Shown one piece after another: positions 15,996-24,978 of a DNA stretch of 38,971 nt. Under the pieces are notes generated by a model. The model had not been told where the DNA came from, did no database searches, and saw nothing but the letters and a program-made list of their open reading frames with translations. Origin of the DNA: Novosphingobium sp. (lineage in GTDB: Bacteria > Pseudomonadota > Alphaproteobacteria > Sphingomonadales > Sphingomonadaceae); the NCBI GenBank assembly GCA_031360105.1, contig JANMBA010000157.1, forward strand, positions 1 to 38,971, written 5' to 3'. Within the stretch, counting starts at the first letter, position 1, and each line of letters opens with the position of its first letter. A program made the position numbers and the translations under genes.

Positions 15996-17696
15996 ATGAA
16001 TTCTGTTTCGATCAAGCACGCTGCGCTGCTTGCGGCGGTATCTGCACTGATGCTGGGGGTGGCCGTATCGGCGCGCGCCCCGCACCGTCACGCAGGGCCG
16101 GTGCCGGTCCCGCAAGTCGCCGTGCCGGCGATCACCGGCGACACGATCCGCGATGTAACCAGGGAATTATCGTCGGACCGCTACGAAGGCCGCGGCCCCG
16201 GCACCCGCGCTGAAGACCTGACGATCACGTATATCATCAACCGGTTCAAAGCCGCCGGGCTCCAGCCGGGCAACAACGGCGCGTGGCTGCAGGACGTGCC
16301 GATCGTCGATATCACCGCCAAGAATTCGGATGGCTTGTCGGTGCAGGCGGGCGCGCAGAAACTGCACTTCGATTACGGCTCGGACATGGTCGTTGGCAGC
16401 TACCGCGTAACGCCGCGCACCGCGATCAAAGATGCGCCGCTGGTGTTTGTGGGGTACGGCATCAATGCGCCCGAACTTGGCTGGAACGATTACGCCGGGG
16501 TGGATATGAAGGGCAAGGTCGCGGTCGTGCTGGTCAATGACCCGGACTATGAAACCGTTGACGAAAGCGGGCTCTTCAAGGGCCGCCGGATGACCTATTA
16601 TGGCCGCTGGACCTACAAGTTTGAAGAAGCTGCGCGGCAGGGCGCGGCAGGGGTGCTGATCGTCCACGACACTTTCCCGGCGGCTTACGGCTGGCAAGTG
16701 GTCAATTCCAGCTGGACCGGCGCGCAGCATTATGTTGCCAGTGCCAACAACGCGATGGACCAGACGCAGGCCAATGGCTGGATTCAGAAACCGGTGGCCG
16801 AGGCGCTGTTCAAGGCTTCGGGGCAGGATCTGGCGGCGCTGACCGCAGCGGCCAAAGTCAAAGGCTTCAAGCCCGTGCCGCTGGGCAGCACTGCCAGCCT
16901 GAGCTTTGATAACCAGATCAAGCGTGGCAATTCGCACAATGTGATCGGGATCCTGCCAGGCAAGCGGCGCGCGAACGAATATGTGCTGTATACCGCGCAC
17001 TGGGACCATCTGGGGCGCTGCACGCCGGACAAGACCGGCGATGATATCTGCAACGGGGCAATCGACAACGCCACCGGGGTCGGCGCGCTGGTCTCGCTGG
17101 CCGAGGCTAACGTCAAGGCCGGTCCGGCGGATCGCAGTCAGGTGTTCATGGCGGTGACGCTTGAGGAATCGGGTCTGCTCGGTTCGCGCTATTATGCCGA
17201 GCACCCGGTCTATCCGTTGGCGCGCACCGCTGGCGGGGTCAACATGGACGGGGTCGGCCCGGGTAGCCCCAGCCGGGATGTTTCGGTCTCGGGCGGCGAC
17301 AAAAGCGATCTGACGCGGTACCTGGCGGCCGCGATGACCGCGATGCGGCTGTACCAGACTCCGGAAAATCACCCCGAACGCGGCGGCTATTACCGCTCGG
17401 ATCACTTCAGCTTTGCCAAATTGGGGGTCCCGATGTTTTCGCTCGGGCGCGGCAGCGACTGGGTGAACGGGGGCAAGGCGGCGGGCCAGGCTGCGAGCGA
17501 AGATTACACCCAGCATCGCTATCACCAGCCCAGCGATCAGTATGATCCAGACTGGAACTGGGCCGGCGCGGCGCAGGAAATTTCACTCTATTACCGCCTC
17601 GGGCGGAGCCTGGCGATGACAACCGACTGGCCCAACTGGCACCGGGCCGACGAATTCCGCCGGATCAGGGACAAAAGCCGGGCTGGGGTGAAGTAG
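15996..17696 (+). CDS. Secreted M28 family aminopeptidase with PA domain
   Basis: Signal peptide; LSSDRYEGRGPG, TAHWDHLG, NGAIDNATG, EESGLLGS, RSDHFSFAK, YHQPSD. Confidence 0.93.
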   Translation: MNSVSIKHAALLAAVSALMLGVAVSARAPHRHAGPVPVPQVAVPAITGDTIRDVTRELSSDRYEGRGPGTRAEDLTITYIINRFKAAGLQPGNNGAWLQDVPIVDITAKNSDGLSVQAGAQKLHFDYGSDMVVGSYRVTPRTAIKDAPLVFVGYGINAPELGWNDYAGVDMKGKVAVVLVNDPDYETVDESGLFKGRRMTYYGRWTYKFEEAARQGAAGVLIVHDTFPAAYGWQVVNSSWTGAQHYVASANNAMDQTQANGWIQKPVAEALFKASGQDLAALTAAAKVKGFKPVPLGSTASLSFDNQIKRGNSHNVIGILPGKRRANEYVLYTAHWDHLGRCTPDKTGDDICNGAIDNATGVGALVSLAEANVKAGPADRSQVFMAVTLEESGLLGSRYYAEHPVYPLARTAGGVNMDGVGPGSPSRDVSVSGGDKSDLTRYLAAAMTAMRLYQTPENHPERGGYYRSDHFSFAKLGVPMFSLGRGSDWVNGGKAAGQAASEDYTQHRYHQPSDQYDPDWNWAGAAQEISLYYRLGRSLAMTTDWPNWHRADEFRRIRDKSRAGVK

Positions 17697-17700
17697 CACC

Positions 17701-18669
17701 GTGACGATGCCCCCCGAATGGCATCCGCAGCGATGGCTGTGGGTGGGCTTTCCGCATGATGCGGACGAGTGGCCGGGCTATCTGGGCCGTGCTCAGGAGC
17801 AGATTGCGGCATTTGCCAGTGCGGTTGCCGATAGCGGGCAGGAAGTGCGCCTGATCGTGCGCGATGCCGCCAATGCGGCACGCGCGCGGAAGCTGTGCTC
17901 GGCGGCAGTCACGCTCGAGACGCGGCGCTTCGGCGATATCTGGTTGCGCGATACCGGGCCGCTGGTGGTGCAGCGCGGCGGCTTGCCGGTCGCCAAGCGG
18001 TTCGGGTTCAACGGCTGGGGCGGCAAGTACCTGATGGACGGCGATCAGGAAATCGGCTCTGAACTGGCGGCCAGCGCCGGCCTGATGGTCGAAACCGCCG
18101 ACTGGATCCTGGAAGGCGGCGCGATCGATGGCGACGGCAGCGGGCTGGCCGTCACCACCGTGCAGTGCCTGCTTAATCCCAATCGCAATCCCGGCTTGTC
18201 GCGCGCGCAGATCGCAGCGCGGCTGGAACGCGATCTGGGCTTTGACCGGGTACTATGGCTGGGTGAGGGGCTGATCAACGATCACACCGACGGCCACGTC
18301 GATAACCTGGCGCGGTTCGTCGCGCCGGGCGTGCTGGCGCTGCCGCGCGCCACTGGAACAGATGATCCCAACGCCGCAATTTATGGCGATGCCAAAGCGC
18401 GGGCCGCAGCGTTTGGGGTGAGCGTACGCGAAGTGCCCTCGCCCGGGCGGATCGCAACCACAGGCCGGATCGAACCTGCCAGTTACATGAATTTCGCGGT
18501 GACCACACGGCTGGTGGTGGTGCCAACCTATGGCTCGACGCATGATGCCGATGGCGTGGCTGCAGTGGCCGAATTATTCCCTGACCGCGATGTGATCGGG
18601 ATCATGGCCGATGCCGTGCTGGCGGGCGGCGGCAGTTTCCACTGCGCGAGCCAGCAAATGCCGCTATAG
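17701..18669 (+). CDS. aguA: Agmatine deiminase family protein
   Basis: MPPEW, DIWLRDTGP, FNGWGGKY, LEGGAI, DHTDGHVDN, GGGSFHCASQQ (catalytic Cys). Confidence 0.9.
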   Translation: MTMPPEWHPQRWLWVGFPHDADEWPGYLGRAQEQIAAFASAVADSGQEVRLIVRDAANAARARKLCSAAVTLETRRFGDIWLRDTGPLVVQRGGLPVAKRFGFNGWGGKYLMDGDQEIGSELAASAGLMVETADWILEGGAIDGDGSGLAVTTVQCLLNPNRNPGLSRAQIAARLERDLGFDRVLWLGEGLINDHTDGHVDNLARFVAPGVLALPRATGTDDPNAAIYGDAKARAAAFGVSVREVPSPGRIATTGRIEPASYMNFAVTTRLVVVPTYGSTHDADGVAAVAELFPDRDVIGIMADAVLAGGGSFHCASQQMPL

Positions 18670-18680
18670 GCGGCCGCGAA

Positions 18681-19418
18681 ATGGCCAAACTGCTGCTCGC
18701 CTCGATCCATGATGTCGGTCCGCGCTTCGAGCGCGAGGTCGATCAATTGGCGCAGCTGTTGAGTGGTATTCTGGGCGGGCCGAAGTTTGCGATGCTGGTG
18801 GTGCCCGATCACTGGAGCGAGGCGCCGCTAGCGGGCAATTTGGCATTCCAGCGGCGGCTGCGCGACTGGGCCGATCAGGGGGTCGAAATGTTCGTCCACG
18901 GCTGGTTCCACAAGGATCTGGCGCGGCATGCGGGCGCGGCGGCGTTCAAGGCGAAACACATGACCGCCGGCGAGGGCGAATTTCTTGGCCTCACCCGCGC
19001 GGTCGCAGCGCAGCGGATGGCGGATGGCAAGGCGCTGATCGAGGACGCGATCGGTCGTCCGGCGGCGGGGTTCATCGCCCCGGCGTGGCTTTATGGCGAT
19101 GGCGCGCGCGCGGCCCTGGCGGCGAGCACCTTTGCGCTTGCCGAGGATCACATGCGGGTGTGGCAACCGGCCAGCGGGCAAGTGCTGGCCAAGGGTCCGG
19201 TGATCACCTGGGCCAGCCGCTCACGCCCGCGCCAGCTTTCGTCGCGGTTTTTCGCGGGCCTTGCGCGCACCGCGCTGCATGGGCAGGCGGTGGTGCGGGT
19301 GGCAGTCCATCCCGGCGATGTTACCGTCCCGGCACTTCTGGGCAGCATCGCCGCGACCTTCCAATCCTTCGCAACGCGCCGGCCAGCGGGGCGCTACGCC
19401 GATTTGTTGGCGCGATGA
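18681..19418 (+). CDS. Polysaccharide deacetylase-like protein (DUF2334, CE4-like)
   Basis: SIHDV, HGWFH, EGEF, GFIAPAW, RVAVHPGD. Confidence 0.85.
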   Translation: MAKLLLASIHDVGPRFEREVDQLAQLLSGILGGPKFAMLVVPDHWSEAPLAGNLAFQRRLRDWADQGVEMFVHGWFHKDLARHAGAAAFKAKHMTAGEGEFLGLTRAVAAQRMADGKALIEDAIGRPAAGFIAPAWLYGDGARAALAASTFALAEDHMRVWQPASGQVLAKGPVITWASRSRPRQLSSRFFAGLARTALHGQAVVRVAVHPGDVTVPALLGSIAATFQSFATRRPAGRYADLLAR

Positions 19419-20539
19419 GCGCGCCCGTGCGGATCGCCATCCCGATCCACAGTTTCGAGCCCGGCGGGGTCGAGCGGGTCGCGCTTAATCTGGCGGCAGT
19501 GTGGCAAGCCGGTGGTGCCGCGGTCAAGGTGTTGCTCGGGCGGCGCGCCGGCGCGATGGAGCAAACCGCGCCGCACCTGAATTACATCGTCCGGCCCGAG
19601 CCGATCCCGACCGCCGCGTGGGAAACGCTGTGGCTGATTTTTGCCAATTGGCGCTGGCTGCGGCGCGAACAGGTCGATGTGTTGTTCGCGGCGGGCAATA
19701 CGTACGCCATTGTCGGGGTGGCGCTCAAGCTGCTGCTCGGCGCGCGCTGCCCGCCGATTGTGATCAAGATCAGTAACGACCTCGAGCGGCGCGATCTGCC
19801 CGCTCCGGCGCGGTGGGGTTATCACTGCTGGCTGCGGGTGCAGGGGCGCGTGCTCGATCACTTCGTCGGGATGGCCATGCCGATGCGCGCTGAAATTGCG
19901 CAGGCGCTGCGGATCAGCGACGACCGGATCACCATCATCGAGGACCCCGCGCTTGAAGCGGATCAGGCCGCGCAGTTGGCGGCAATCGCGCGCCAGGCCG
20001 CGCCGCCGCGCGCACCGCGGTTCGTTGCGGTCGGGCGGCTCGCGCGGCAAAAGAATTTCGCTTTGTTGCTGCGCGCCTTTGCCCGGCTGGGCGATCCCGC
20101 AGCGCGGCTGGTGATTGTGGGCGAGGGCAGCGAACGCGCCGGGCTGGAACGGCTGGCGGGGGAATTGGGGATTGCATCGCAGCTCAGCATGCCTGGGCAC
20201 TGCGATCCATTGCCGCACCTCGCCGCCGCCTCGGCCTATGCGCTGTCGTCGGATTACGAAGGGGTGCCTGCCGTGGTGATCGAGGCGCTGGCGGCGGGCT
20301 TGCCGATCGCGGGAACCGATTGCAGCGTATCGATGGCGGCGCTGACCGGTCATGGTGCGTTCGGCGTGCTGGTGCCGGTGCGCGATACCGCCGCATTGAG
20401 CAGAGCGCTGGCGCAAGTGCTGACCATGCCGTTCGATCCAGCGGCTGCGCGCGCCGCGACGCAGGCTTACAGCCTGGCCAGCGCGGCGGCGCGCTATCAT
20501 GCGCTGCTGGCGGCAGTGGCGAGCCGTCATGCCGGGTAA
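19415..20539 (+). CDS. GT4 (GT-B) glycosyltransferase
   Basis: PGGVERVALNLA, VGRLARQKNF, SSDYEGVPAVVIEALAAG (EX7E). The ATG at 19415 overlaps the previous stop. Confidence 0.9.
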   Translation: MSAPVRIAIPIHSFEPGGVERVALNLAAVWQAGGAAVKVLLGRRAGAMEQTAPHLNYIVRPEPIPTAAWETLWLIFANWRWLRREQVDVLFAAGNTYAIVGVALKLLLGARCPPIVIKISNDLERRDLPAPARWGYHCWLRVQGRVLDHFVGMAMPMRAEIAQALRISDDRITIIEDPALEADQAAQLAAIARQAAPPRAPRFVAVGRLARQKNFALLLRAFARLGDPAARLVIVGEGSERAGLERLAGELGIASQLSMPGHCDPLPHLAAASAYALSSDYEGVPAVVIEALAAGLPIAGTDCSVSMAALTGHGAFGVLVPVRDTAALSRALAQVLTMPFDPAAARAATQAYSLASAAARYHALLAAVASRHAG

Positions 20540-20556
20540 ATTCACCCGCGGTTCAG
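20540..20556 (+). promoter_or_regulatory. TCA-N8-TCA direct-repeat site (OmpR-family, CenR-like)
   Basis: ATTCACCCGCGGTTCAG, 15/17 identical to the site upstream of degP and in the same orientation relative to its gene. Confidence 0.45.
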
Positions 20557-20581
20557 CGGTTTGGCGTCACAGGCCCGCGCC

Positions 20582-21526
20582 ATGCCGGGATTTTCTGCCA
20601 AGTTGCCGCCCCGGCCCCAAGCCGTGCGCCGCCGTGCTCCGCGCGTGACCGCGGGCCAACCAGCGCCGCGCGGCAACCGGCTGGCGACCGCCGTCAGCGT
20701 GGCAATCTCGCTTGCGCTGCTGATCGCGGTGGCGCTGCAGTTCCGGCAGTTCGACTTTGCCAAAGTGCGCAGCTTGATCCCGGTCAGCCCGGTGTTCTGG
20801 CTGGGCTTCGTGGTCTATTACCTGGCCGGACCGCTTAGCGAATGGGCGGTCTATCGGCGGCTGTGGGCTATGCCGCTTGCCGGGATCGGCGCGCTGCTGC
20901 GCAAGCTGGTCGCCAACGAATTGCTGTTGGGTTATCTGGGCGAGGCGCAGTTTTATGCGTGGGCGCGCGCGCGCTCCAGGCTCAGCGCGGCGCCGTTCGG
21001 CGCGATCAAGGATATGACGATCATGTCGGCGCTGGTTGGCAATGGCGCGACGTTGTTGATGCTCGCGCTGGCCTGGCCCTATGTCTCGGCCGGGCAATTG
21101 GGGATGCAGGGCAGCACCGCGTTTGGCTCGCTGGGCGTGGTGCTGCTGACGTCGCTCGGCATTCTGTTGTTTCGCCGCCAGCTGTTCAGCCTGCCGCGCG
21201 CTGACCTGACTTTCATTGCGGGCACGCATCTGGCGCGGATCGTGGTCATCCTCATCGCTTCTGCGGTGATGTGGCATGCGGTGTTGCCCGCGGTTGCGAT
21301 CACGCTGTGGCTGGTGCTGGCGACCTTGCGGATGTTGATTTCGCGGTTGCCACTGCTGCCCAACAAGGATGTTGTCTTTGCCGGGATCACTGTGCTGTTA
21401 TTGGGCGGCCAGGCCGATGTGGCGGCATTGATGACAATGATGGCGGTGTTGCTGCTGGCGGCACACCTGCTGGTTGGAACGGTGTTCGGGCTGACTGGCC
21501 TGTTCGATACGGAGAAAGTAACATGA
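20582..21526 (+). CDS. Multi-pass membrane protein, lysylphosphatidylglycerol-synthase-TM / flippase-like
   Basis: About 7-8 hydrophobic segments; NELLLGYLGE resembles the NxxxPxxxGE motif of LPG_synthase_TM proteins; flanked by glycosyltransferases. Confidence 0.7.
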   Translation: MPGFSAKLPPRPQAVRRRAPRVTAGQPAPRGNRLATAVSVAISLALLIAVALQFRQFDFAKVRSLIPVSPVFWLGFVVYYLAGPLSEWAVYRRLWAMPLAGIGALLRKLVANELLLGYLGEAQFYAWARARSRLSAAPFGAIKDMTIMSALVGNGATLLMLALAWPYVSAGQLGMQGSTAFGSLGVVLLTSLGILLFRRQLFSLPRADLTFIAGTHLARIVVILIASAVMWHAVLPAVAITLWLVLATLRMLISRLPLLPNKDVVFAGITVLLLGGQADVAALMTMMAVLLLAAHLLVGTVFGLTGLFDTEKVT

Positions 21527-22065
21527 AGCCTGTGCTATTTGCTGGGGTGCTGACTCTGGCGGCTCCGCTGCTGCTGGCCGCTGGACCCGCGCTGCAATCC
21601 TCGCCCGAACTGGGCAAGGCCGAAGGCCGCTGCCGGCCTGGTGAAAGCGGTCCTGCGCTGCTGGTCGAAGCTGTCGGCATGAAGGACCGCACCGGGCAAC
21701 TGAAGCTGGAAGTCTATCCCGCGACCGACCAGGATTTTCTGGCCGACGACAATGTGCTGGTGGCGGCCGGCAAAACCTTTCGCCGGGTCGAAATGCCGAC
21801 CCCGGCAACGGGGGCAGTCGTGCTGTGCGTGCGCATTCCAGGGCCGGGCACTTATGCCATCAGCGTGCTGCACGATCGCAATTCGGATCGCCGGTTCAGC
21901 TGGAAGATCGACGGTATCGGTTTTTCCGCGAACCCCAAGCTTGGCTGGTCTAAACCCAAAGCCAGCTCGGCGCGGGTGATCGTCGGCGGCGGCGGAGTGT
22001 CGAAAATCGCGGTGGTGATGAATTACAAGCGCGGGCTTGGTGTCGCTCCGCTGAAAGTGCAGTAA
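21523..22065 (+). CDS. Secreted DUF2141 family protein
   Basis: Signal peptide; PGPGTYAISVLHDRN...DGIGFSANP; two Cys; ATGA overlap with the upstream gene. Confidence 0.85.
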   Translation: MKPVLFAGVLTLAAPLLLAAGPALQSSPELGKAEGRCRPGESGPALLVEAVGMKDRTGQLKLEVYPATDQDFLADDNVLVAAGKTFRRVEMPTPATGAVVLCVRIPGPGTYAISVLHDRNSDRRFSWKIDGIGFSANPKLGWSKPKASSARVIVGGGGVSKIAVVMNYKRGLGVAPLKVQ

Positions 22066-22078
22066 GCGGCGGCGGATC

Positions 22079-23227
22079 ATGCGGATTGTCGATGTTTGTG
22101 CGTTTTACACGCCGCATGGTGGCGGGGTAAAAACCTATATCGACCAAAAGCTGCGACTGGGGCCGGAGCTTGGCGCCGAAATTGTGATCATCGCGCCGGG
22201 TGAAACATACTCGGTGGTCGAACACGGCCCGATGGCGCGGATTGTGACGCTGCCCAGTCCGCGCTTTCCGCTTGATCGCAATTACTGGTATTTTGGCGAT
22301 CAGGTCGCGCTGAACGCAGCGCTTGATGCAGCCGCGCCCGATCTGGTCGAAGTGTCTTCGCCGTGGCGCAGTCCGGCGTGGGTGGCGCAGTGGCCGGGCA
22401 CAGCACCGCGCGCGCTGTTCATGCACGCCGATCCGCTATCGGGCTATGCGTACCGCTGGTTCGAACCAGCCTTGTCAGTGCCGACAATCGATCGGTTGTT
22501 CGGGCCATACTGGCACCATTTGCAGCAGCTGAGTGCCCGGTTCGATAGCGTGATCTGCGCCTCGGGCGAATTCGAGCGGCGGCTGGTGGCGGGCGGGGTA
22601 ACGCATACGCGGCTTGAGCCGATGGGGGTTGAGGAAGGCGTGTTCAGCGCGGTTAACCGCGATCCGCAAGTGCGCGCGCAGTTGTTGGCACGGTGCGGTT
22701 TGCCCGAACAGGCGGGCCTGCTGATCGGCGTGGGGCGGATGTCGGCCGAGAAGCGCTGGCCGATGGTGATCGAGGCGGTGCGCAAGGCGCGGGACCAGCG
22801 GCCGCTCGGTCTGGTATTGCTGGGCGGCGGCCGTAACATCGCGATGGTGCGCCGCGCGATCGGGGCAGACCCGCGCATCTGTCTGCTTGAACCAGAGCGG
22901 GACCGCGCCCGGTTTGCCGCGATGATCGCCAGTGCCGACGGGTTGGTCCACGGCTGCGAGGCCGAGACGTTTTGCCTCGCTGCAGCCGAAGCTCGCGCTA
23001 GCGGCGTGCCGGTCATCGTGCCAGATCGCGGCGGCGCGGCCGATCATGCCGCGGGCGGTGGCGGGCTTACGTACCGCTCGGCTGATCCGGCCGCCTTGGC
23101 TGCGGCCATCGGCCAGCTGGCGCAAGACGGCTGGCCGCGCACCGCAGCGCCTGTTCAGACGATGCGGGGCCATTTCGCGCATTTGTTCGCGCATTACCGA
23201 ACGCTGATTGCCCGGCATCCGGCTTGA
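22079..23227 (+). CDS. GT4 (GT-B) glycosyltransferase
   Basis: MRIVDVCAFYTPHGGGVKTY, VGRMSAEKR, ETFCLAAAEARASGVPV (EX7E). Confidence 0.9.
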   Translation: MRIVDVCAFYTPHGGGVKTYIDQKLRLGPELGAEIVIIAPGETYSVVEHGPMARIVTLPSPRFPLDRNYWYFGDQVALNAALDAAAPDLVEVSSPWRSPAWVAQWPGTAPRALFMHADPLSGYAYRWFEPALSVPTIDRLFGPYWHHLQQLSARFDSVICASGEFERRLVAGGVTHTRLEPMGVEEGVFSAVNRDPQVRAQLLARCGLPEQAGLLIGVGRMSAEKRWPMVIEAVRKARDQRPLGLVLLGGGRNIAMVRRAIGADPRICLLEPERDRARFAAMIASADGLVHGCEAETFCLAAAEARASGVPVIVPDRGGAADHAAGGGGLTYRSADPAALAAAIGQLAQDGWPRTAAPVQTMRGHFAHLFAHYRTLIARHPA

Positions 23228-23264
23228 CTCTGGCGGCCAGTGAATTTAGTTACATTTGCAACCA
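23224..23264 (+). promoter_or_regulatory. Putative hppD promoter with overlapping imperfect palindrome
   Basis: TTGACT (23224-23229), 17-nt spacer, TAGTTA (23247-23252); palindrome TAGTTACATTTGCAACCA (23247-23264) covers the -10. Confidence 0.45.
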
Positions 23265-23288
23265 ACTTCACCCCGGAGCGAACGACCG

Positions 23289-24386
23289 ATGGCTGACCTG
23301 TTTGAAAATCCGCTCGGGCTTGATGGCTTCGAATTTGTCGAATTTTCAGCCCCCGCCAAGGGCCTGCTCGAGCCGGTGTTCGCGGCGATGGGGTTCACGC
23401 AGATCGCGCGCCACCGGTCCAAAGATGTGCAGCTATGGCGGCAAGGCGGGATCAATCTGATCGCCAATTACGAACCACGCAGCCCGGCGGCGTTCTTCGC
23501 GGCGGAGCACGGCGCGTCGGCCTGCGGGATGGGCTGGCGAGTCAAGGACGCGGCCAAAGCCTATGCCGAAGCGCTGGCGCGCGGGGCCGAGCCGGTCGAG
23601 CTCAAGACCGGGCCGATGGAGCTGAGCCTGCCCGCAATCCGCGGCATCGGCGGGTCGATCATTTATCTGATCGACCGGTACGAGGGGCAGGCGGGGGGTG
23701 ATTTGTCGATCTATGACATCGATTTCATTTACGAGCCAGGCGCCGATCACCACCCGGTCGGTGCGGGCCTCAAGCTGATCGATCACCTTACCCATAACGT
23801 CTATGGCGGGCGCATGGCGCACTGGGCATCGTTTTACGAGCGCATCGCCGGTTTCCGCGAAATCCGCTACTTCGACATCAAGGGCGAATATACCGGCCTG
23901 ACCAGCAAGGCGATGACCGCGCCCGACGGCAAGATCCGCATTCCGCTTAACGAAGAGGGTAAGGCCGGCGGCGGGCAGATCGAGGAATTCCTGCGTGCCT
24001 ACAATGGCGAGGGGATCCAGCACATCGCGCTGATCTGCGATGATCTGATCGCGACCTGGGATAAGCTCAAGGCGCTCGGCGTGCCGTTCATGTCGGCCCC
24101 GCCGCAGACGTATTACGAGATGCTGGAAGAGCGCTTGCCAGGCCACGGCGAACCGGTCGATGAGCTTCAGAAGCGCGGCATCCTACTCGATGGCTCGACC
24201 GAAAACGACGATCCGCGGCTACTTCTTCAGATCTTCGGTGAGACTCAAGTTGGACCGGTGTTCTTCGAATTCATCCAGCGCAAGAAGGACGAAGGGTTTG
24301 GCGAGGGCAACTTCACCGCGCTGTTCCAGTCGATCGAGCGCGACCAGATGAAGCGCGGAGTGTTAGGCGCAAAGGAGACCGTGTGA
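23289..24386 (+). CDS. hppD: 4-hydroxyphenylpyruvate dioxygenase
   Basis: [54 protein letters not shown]; GGAG RBS. Confidence 0.97.
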   Translation: MADLFENPLGLDGFEFVEFSAPAKGLLEPVFAAMGFTQIARHRSKDVQLWRQGGINLIANYEPRSPAAFFAAEHGASACGMGWRVKDAAKAYAEALARGAEPVELKTGPMELSLPAIRGIGGSIIYLIDRYEGQAGGDLSIYDIDFIYEPGADHHPVGAGLKLIDHLTHNVYGGRMAHWASFYERIAGFREIRYFDIKGEYTGLTSKAMTAPDGKIRIPLNEEGKAGGGQIEEFLRAYNGEGIQHIALICDDLIATWDKLKALGVPFMSAPPQTYYEMLEERLPGHGEPVDELQKRGILLDGSTENDDPRLLLQIFGETQVGPVFFEFIQRKKDEGFGEGNFTALFQSIERDQMKRGVLGAKETV

Positions 24387-24940
24387 TGGCAGCCCCAGTC
24401 CTCGAAAAAATCCACCACGTCGCATATCGCTGCAAGGATGCGAAGGAGACGGTCGACTGGTATGCGCGCGTACTGGGGATGCCCTATACCACCGCCTTTG
24501 CCGAGGATCACGTTCCCTCGACCGGTGAATTCGATCCCTATATGCACATTTTTCTCGATTGCGGCGGCGGCAACGTGCTGGCCTTTTTCGAACTGCCGCA
24601 GCAGCCGGCAATGGGCAAGGATCCCAATACCCCGACCTGGGTTCAGCATATTGCGTTCGAAGTGGCCGATGTGGGAACGCTACTGACAGCCAAGGCGCAT
24701 ATCGAAGCGCAAGGCGTGGCGGTGCTTGGCCCGACGTATCACGGTATCTTCCGTTCGATCTATTTTTTCGATCCGAATGGCCACAGGCTTGAACTGGCGT
24801 GCAATATCGGCACCCCCGAACAATATACCGAACTGCGCGAACTGGCCCCGACGATGCTGGCTGAATGGAGCGCCACCAAGCGCGCGCCCAAGCACGCCGC
24901 GTGGCTGCACGAAGACCCTGCCGAACGCGGCGACGCTTAA
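24386..24940 (+). CDS. VOC (glyoxalase-like) family protein
   Basis: IHHVAYRC, LAFFE, WVQHIAF, SIYFFDPNGHRLEL; TGATG coupling to hppD. Confidence 0.9.
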   Translation: MAAPVLEKIHHVAYRCKDAKETVDWYARVLGMPYTTAFAEDHVPSTGEFDPYMHIFLDCGGGNVLAFFELPQQPAMGKDPNTPTWVQHIAFEVADVGTLLTAKAHIEAQGVAVLGPTYHGIFRSIYFFDPNGHRLELACNIGTPEQYTELRELAPTMLAEWSATKRAPKHAAWLHEDPAERGDA

Positions 24941-24978
24941 GGGCTTTTCAAGGATCGCCTGTGCGGTATGGGCGGTTG

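Noticed and set aside
15864-16115. Upstream extension of glnE (similar extensions on the kinase, DUF455, first GT4, DUF2141 and the receptor)
   Set aside because: These overlap neighbouring genes; downstream starts give coupled junctions or family-typical N-termini.
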